The notes beneath the pieces are model-generated. The model was given only the letters and a program-made list of their open reading frames with translations, searched no databases and was not told the origin of the DNA. Shown here in pieces: positions 62,105-64,000 of a DNA stretch of 64,000 nucleotides. The DNA comes from Marmoricola sp. (GTDB lineage Bacteria; Actinomycetota; Actinomycetes; Propionibacteriales; Nocardioidaceae): NCBI GenBank assembly GCA_035700665.1, contig DASSOK010000042.1:6115-70114 (forward strand), in the 5' to 3' direction. Made by a program: the position numbers and the translations under genes. How positions within the stretch are numbered: position 1 is the stretch's first letter; every line of letters begins with the position of its first letter.

Positions 62105-63145
62105 ATGCGCCTGTCCGTCCTCGACCTCGTCCCCGTCCGCAGCGACCAGTCCACCGGCGAGGCGCTGGCCGCCACCAGGGCCTTGGCGCGGGTCGCCGAT
62201 GACGCCGGCTACCACCGCTACTGGCTGGCCGAGCACCACAACATGCCGGCGGTCGCGGCGACCAACCCGCCGCTGCTGATCGCCATGGTCGCCGCAGCCA
62301 CCTCGCGACTGCGGGTCGGCTCCGGTGGGGTGATGCTGCCCAACCACGCGCCGCTGGTCGTCGCGGAGCAGTTCGCCCTGCTCGAGGCCGCCCACCCGGG
62401 CCGCATCGACCTCGGCATCGGCCGGGCGCCCGGCACCGACCCGGTCACCCGCTACGTCCTCCGCAACGGCGCGGTCTCGGCCGAGGAGGACCCGGTCGCG
62501 CACTTCCCCGCATACGTCGACCAGGTGATCGCCCTGATGAGCCCCGGTGGCGCCGGGATCTCCGTCGCCGGCCGGACCCACGCCCTCAACGCGACCCCCC
62601 ATGCCACCTCGGTGCCGCCGGTCTGGCTCCTCGGCTCCTCGGACTACTCCGCGACGCTGGCGGCCGCCCGCGGGCTGCCCTACGTCTTCGCCCACCACTT
62701 CTCCGGGAAGGGCACGGCCGAGGCGCTGGCCCTCTACCGCTCGCAGTTCCAGCCGTCGGAGCGGCAGCCCGAGCCGGCGACGTTCCTCACGGTGAACGCG
62801 GTGGTCGCGCGCACCCAGGAGGATGCGGAGCGGCTGGCACTTCCGCAGGTCCACGCGATGGTGGCGCTGCGCACCGGTGCCCCGCTCACCGCCCAGCAGC
62901 TGGTGGAGGAGGCCGAGAGCGCCCCGCTGCCGGCGGCGCACCAGCCGCTCGTCGACGGCATGCGGTCGCGCTGGGTGATCGGCACTCCGGCCAGTGCGGC
63001 GGCCCGGATCCGTGACCTCGCCGAGCAGTTCGGCGTCGACGAGGTGATGGTGCACCCGGTCGCCGGCGCACTGTCCGGCACCCCGGCCGACGCGTCGCCG
63101 GCGCGCGAGGGGACCTTGCGACTGCTGGCCGACCAGCTGCTCTGA
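62105..63145 (+). CDS. LLM-class flavin-dependent oxidoreductase (luciferase-like, YhbW-type)
   Basis: LSVLDLVP, WLAEHHN, GSGGVMLPNH, GRIDLGIGRAPG, WLLGSS. Confidence 0.92.
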   Translation: MRLSVLDLVPVRSDQSTGEALAATRALARVADDAGYHRYWLAEHHNMPAVAATNPPLLIAMVAAATSRLRVGSGGVMLPNHAPLVVAEQFALLEAAHPGRIDLGIGRAPGTDPVTRYVLRNGAVSAEEDPVAHFPAYVDQVIALMSPGGAGISVAGRTHALNATPHATSVPPVWLLGSSDYSATLAAARGLPYVFAHHFSGKGTAEALALYRSQFQPSERQPEPATFLTVNAVVARTQEDAERLALPQVHAMVALRTGAPLTAQQLVEEAESAPLPAAHQPLVDGMRSRWVIGTPASAAARIRDLAEQFGVDEVMVHPVAGALSGTPADASPAREGTLRLLADQLL

Positions 63146-63169
63146 TCCCGGTCCGGTCGCGCTCGCGGG

Positions 63170-63189
63170 TTCACAGGTGAACCTGTGAA
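63170..63189. repeat. Inverted repeat TTCACAGGT-GA-ACCTGTGAA
   Basis: Perfect 9-bp arms between the convergent LLM and tilS genes. Confidence 0.6.
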
Positions 63190-63273
63190 GCGCGCACTGC
63201 GCATACGTTGCAACGGCAGGTGAGTGACAGCATCTGCCGCGAGCTCACGGGCGTCGCGTCGTGCCGCCGACTC

Positions 63274-64000
63274 TCACCAGGCGTCGCCGGGCCGGTCGTG
63301 GCAGGCGATCGGCTGGGTCCGGTCCAGCTCCTCGGCGACCGGCAGGACCATCACGCCGTCGTCCTCCTCCGGCGTGCGCACCCGCGTCCCGGCCCTGATC
63401 ACGTACGACGGTCCCCGCCAGCGTTCCCACCCGAGGCGTTCGTAGAAGCCGTGCGCCGAGGTGGACAGCGCGCCGAGCTCGTAGTGCTCGCGCACGACCT
63501 CGGCGATCGCCGCCATGACCCTGCTGCCCAGGCCGCGTCGCTGGTGTCCCGGCCTGGTCGCGACCGCCTCGACGTAGCCGCCACGCAGTGACCTGTCGCC
63601 GACCACCAGCTCCCGGGGCACCACACTGGCGTGCGCCAGCAGCTCACCTGCCGGAGTGCGCACGATCGCGTGCGTGCCGCCGAACGCGTGCCCGGCGTCC
63701 TCGTCGGTGAAGCCGCCGGCGAACGCCGCGTCCCAGAGCTCCCGCAGCGCGGCCCGGGCGGAGGGGTCGAGCACGGTGGAGGCGACGAGGAGCAGCTCCG
63801 CGGAGGGCTCGAACCCGATCCGCCCGTCGCGCCGCACCGCGCGGAGGTGGCCCGGCAGGTCGATCCACTTCTGGCCGCGCCACGCGGTGACGAGCTCGTC
63901 GACCGCGACGACGTGCTCGTGGAACAGCTCGGCGGCGGGCGACCCCGCGGCGACCGCCGCCAGTCGCAGCACGCGCCGCCGGATCGCCTCGGGCAGCGCG
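63274..64000 (-). CDS. tilS: C-terminal part of tRNA(Ile)-lysidine synthetase TilS fused in frame to an AAC(2')-I-like GNAT acetyltransferase (5' end outside window)
   Basis: The frame is open to the window edge: ALPEAIRRRVLRLAA...HVVAVDELVTAWRGQKWIDLPG (TilS C-terminus, in the usual position upstream of hpt-ftsH). It then continues without a stop into AFAGGFTDEDAGHAFGG...GYVEAVAT...YELGALS...RTPEEDDGV...DRPGDAW. Confidence 0.8.
   Translation of the reverse strand, partial: ALPEAIRRRVLRLAAVAAGSPAAELFHEHVVAVDELVTAWRGQKWIDLPGHLRAVRRDGRIGFEPSAELLLVASTVLDPSARAALRELWDAAFAGGFTDEDAGHAFGGTHAIVRTPAGELLAHASVVPRELVVGDRSLRGGYVEAVATRPGHQRRGLGSRVMAAIAEVVREHYELGALSTSAHGFYERLGWERWRGPSYVIRAGTRVRTPEEDDGVMVLPVAEELDRTQPIACHDRPGDAW

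Noticed and set aside
63170-63189. Rex operator
   Set aside because: The half-sites are in the reverse order (TTCACA...TGTGAA) and the site lies between convergent gene ends.

Overview
Very GC-rich actinobacterial chromosome segment. Gene content and order look Nocardioides-like (Propionibacteriales), which is an inference. It is almost entirely core genome, collinear with the Streptomyces/Mycobacterium hem-bldN-proC-radA-clpC-lysS-pan-fol-ftsH-tilS region. In order it contains: cds1-like cysteine desulfhydrase (partial), glutathione peroxidase, system II cytochrome c maturation genes, hemL, a secreted lytic transglycosylase, the rex-hemA-hemC-cobA/hemD-hemB operon, a BldN-like ECF sigma factor with an RsbN-like anti-sigma, bS22, acuC-proC-proline dehydrogenase, radA-disA, mutY, clpC, a two-component pair whose kinase is frame-disrupted, lsr2, lysS, panG-panC-panD-nadB-nadC-coaX, serA, an osmoprotectant ABC transporter, folate genes, ftsH, hpt, an LLM oxidoreductase and the 3' part of tilS. 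I saw no tRNA, rRNA, CRISPR, transposase or phage genes. The most striking feature is that TilS runs in frame into a complete AAC(2')-I-like GNAT acetyltransferase domain. Other candidates are a bulged-A GNRA hairpin next to the RBS of the pan/nad/coaX operon, a structured leader on the bdtA-like HTH gene, putative BldN-type promoters (anti-sigma and lytic transglycosylase), phased short repeats and a 77-bp interspersed unit after disA. All calls come from reading the sequence and recalling family motifs; no database searches were run, and start codons are my best estimates.
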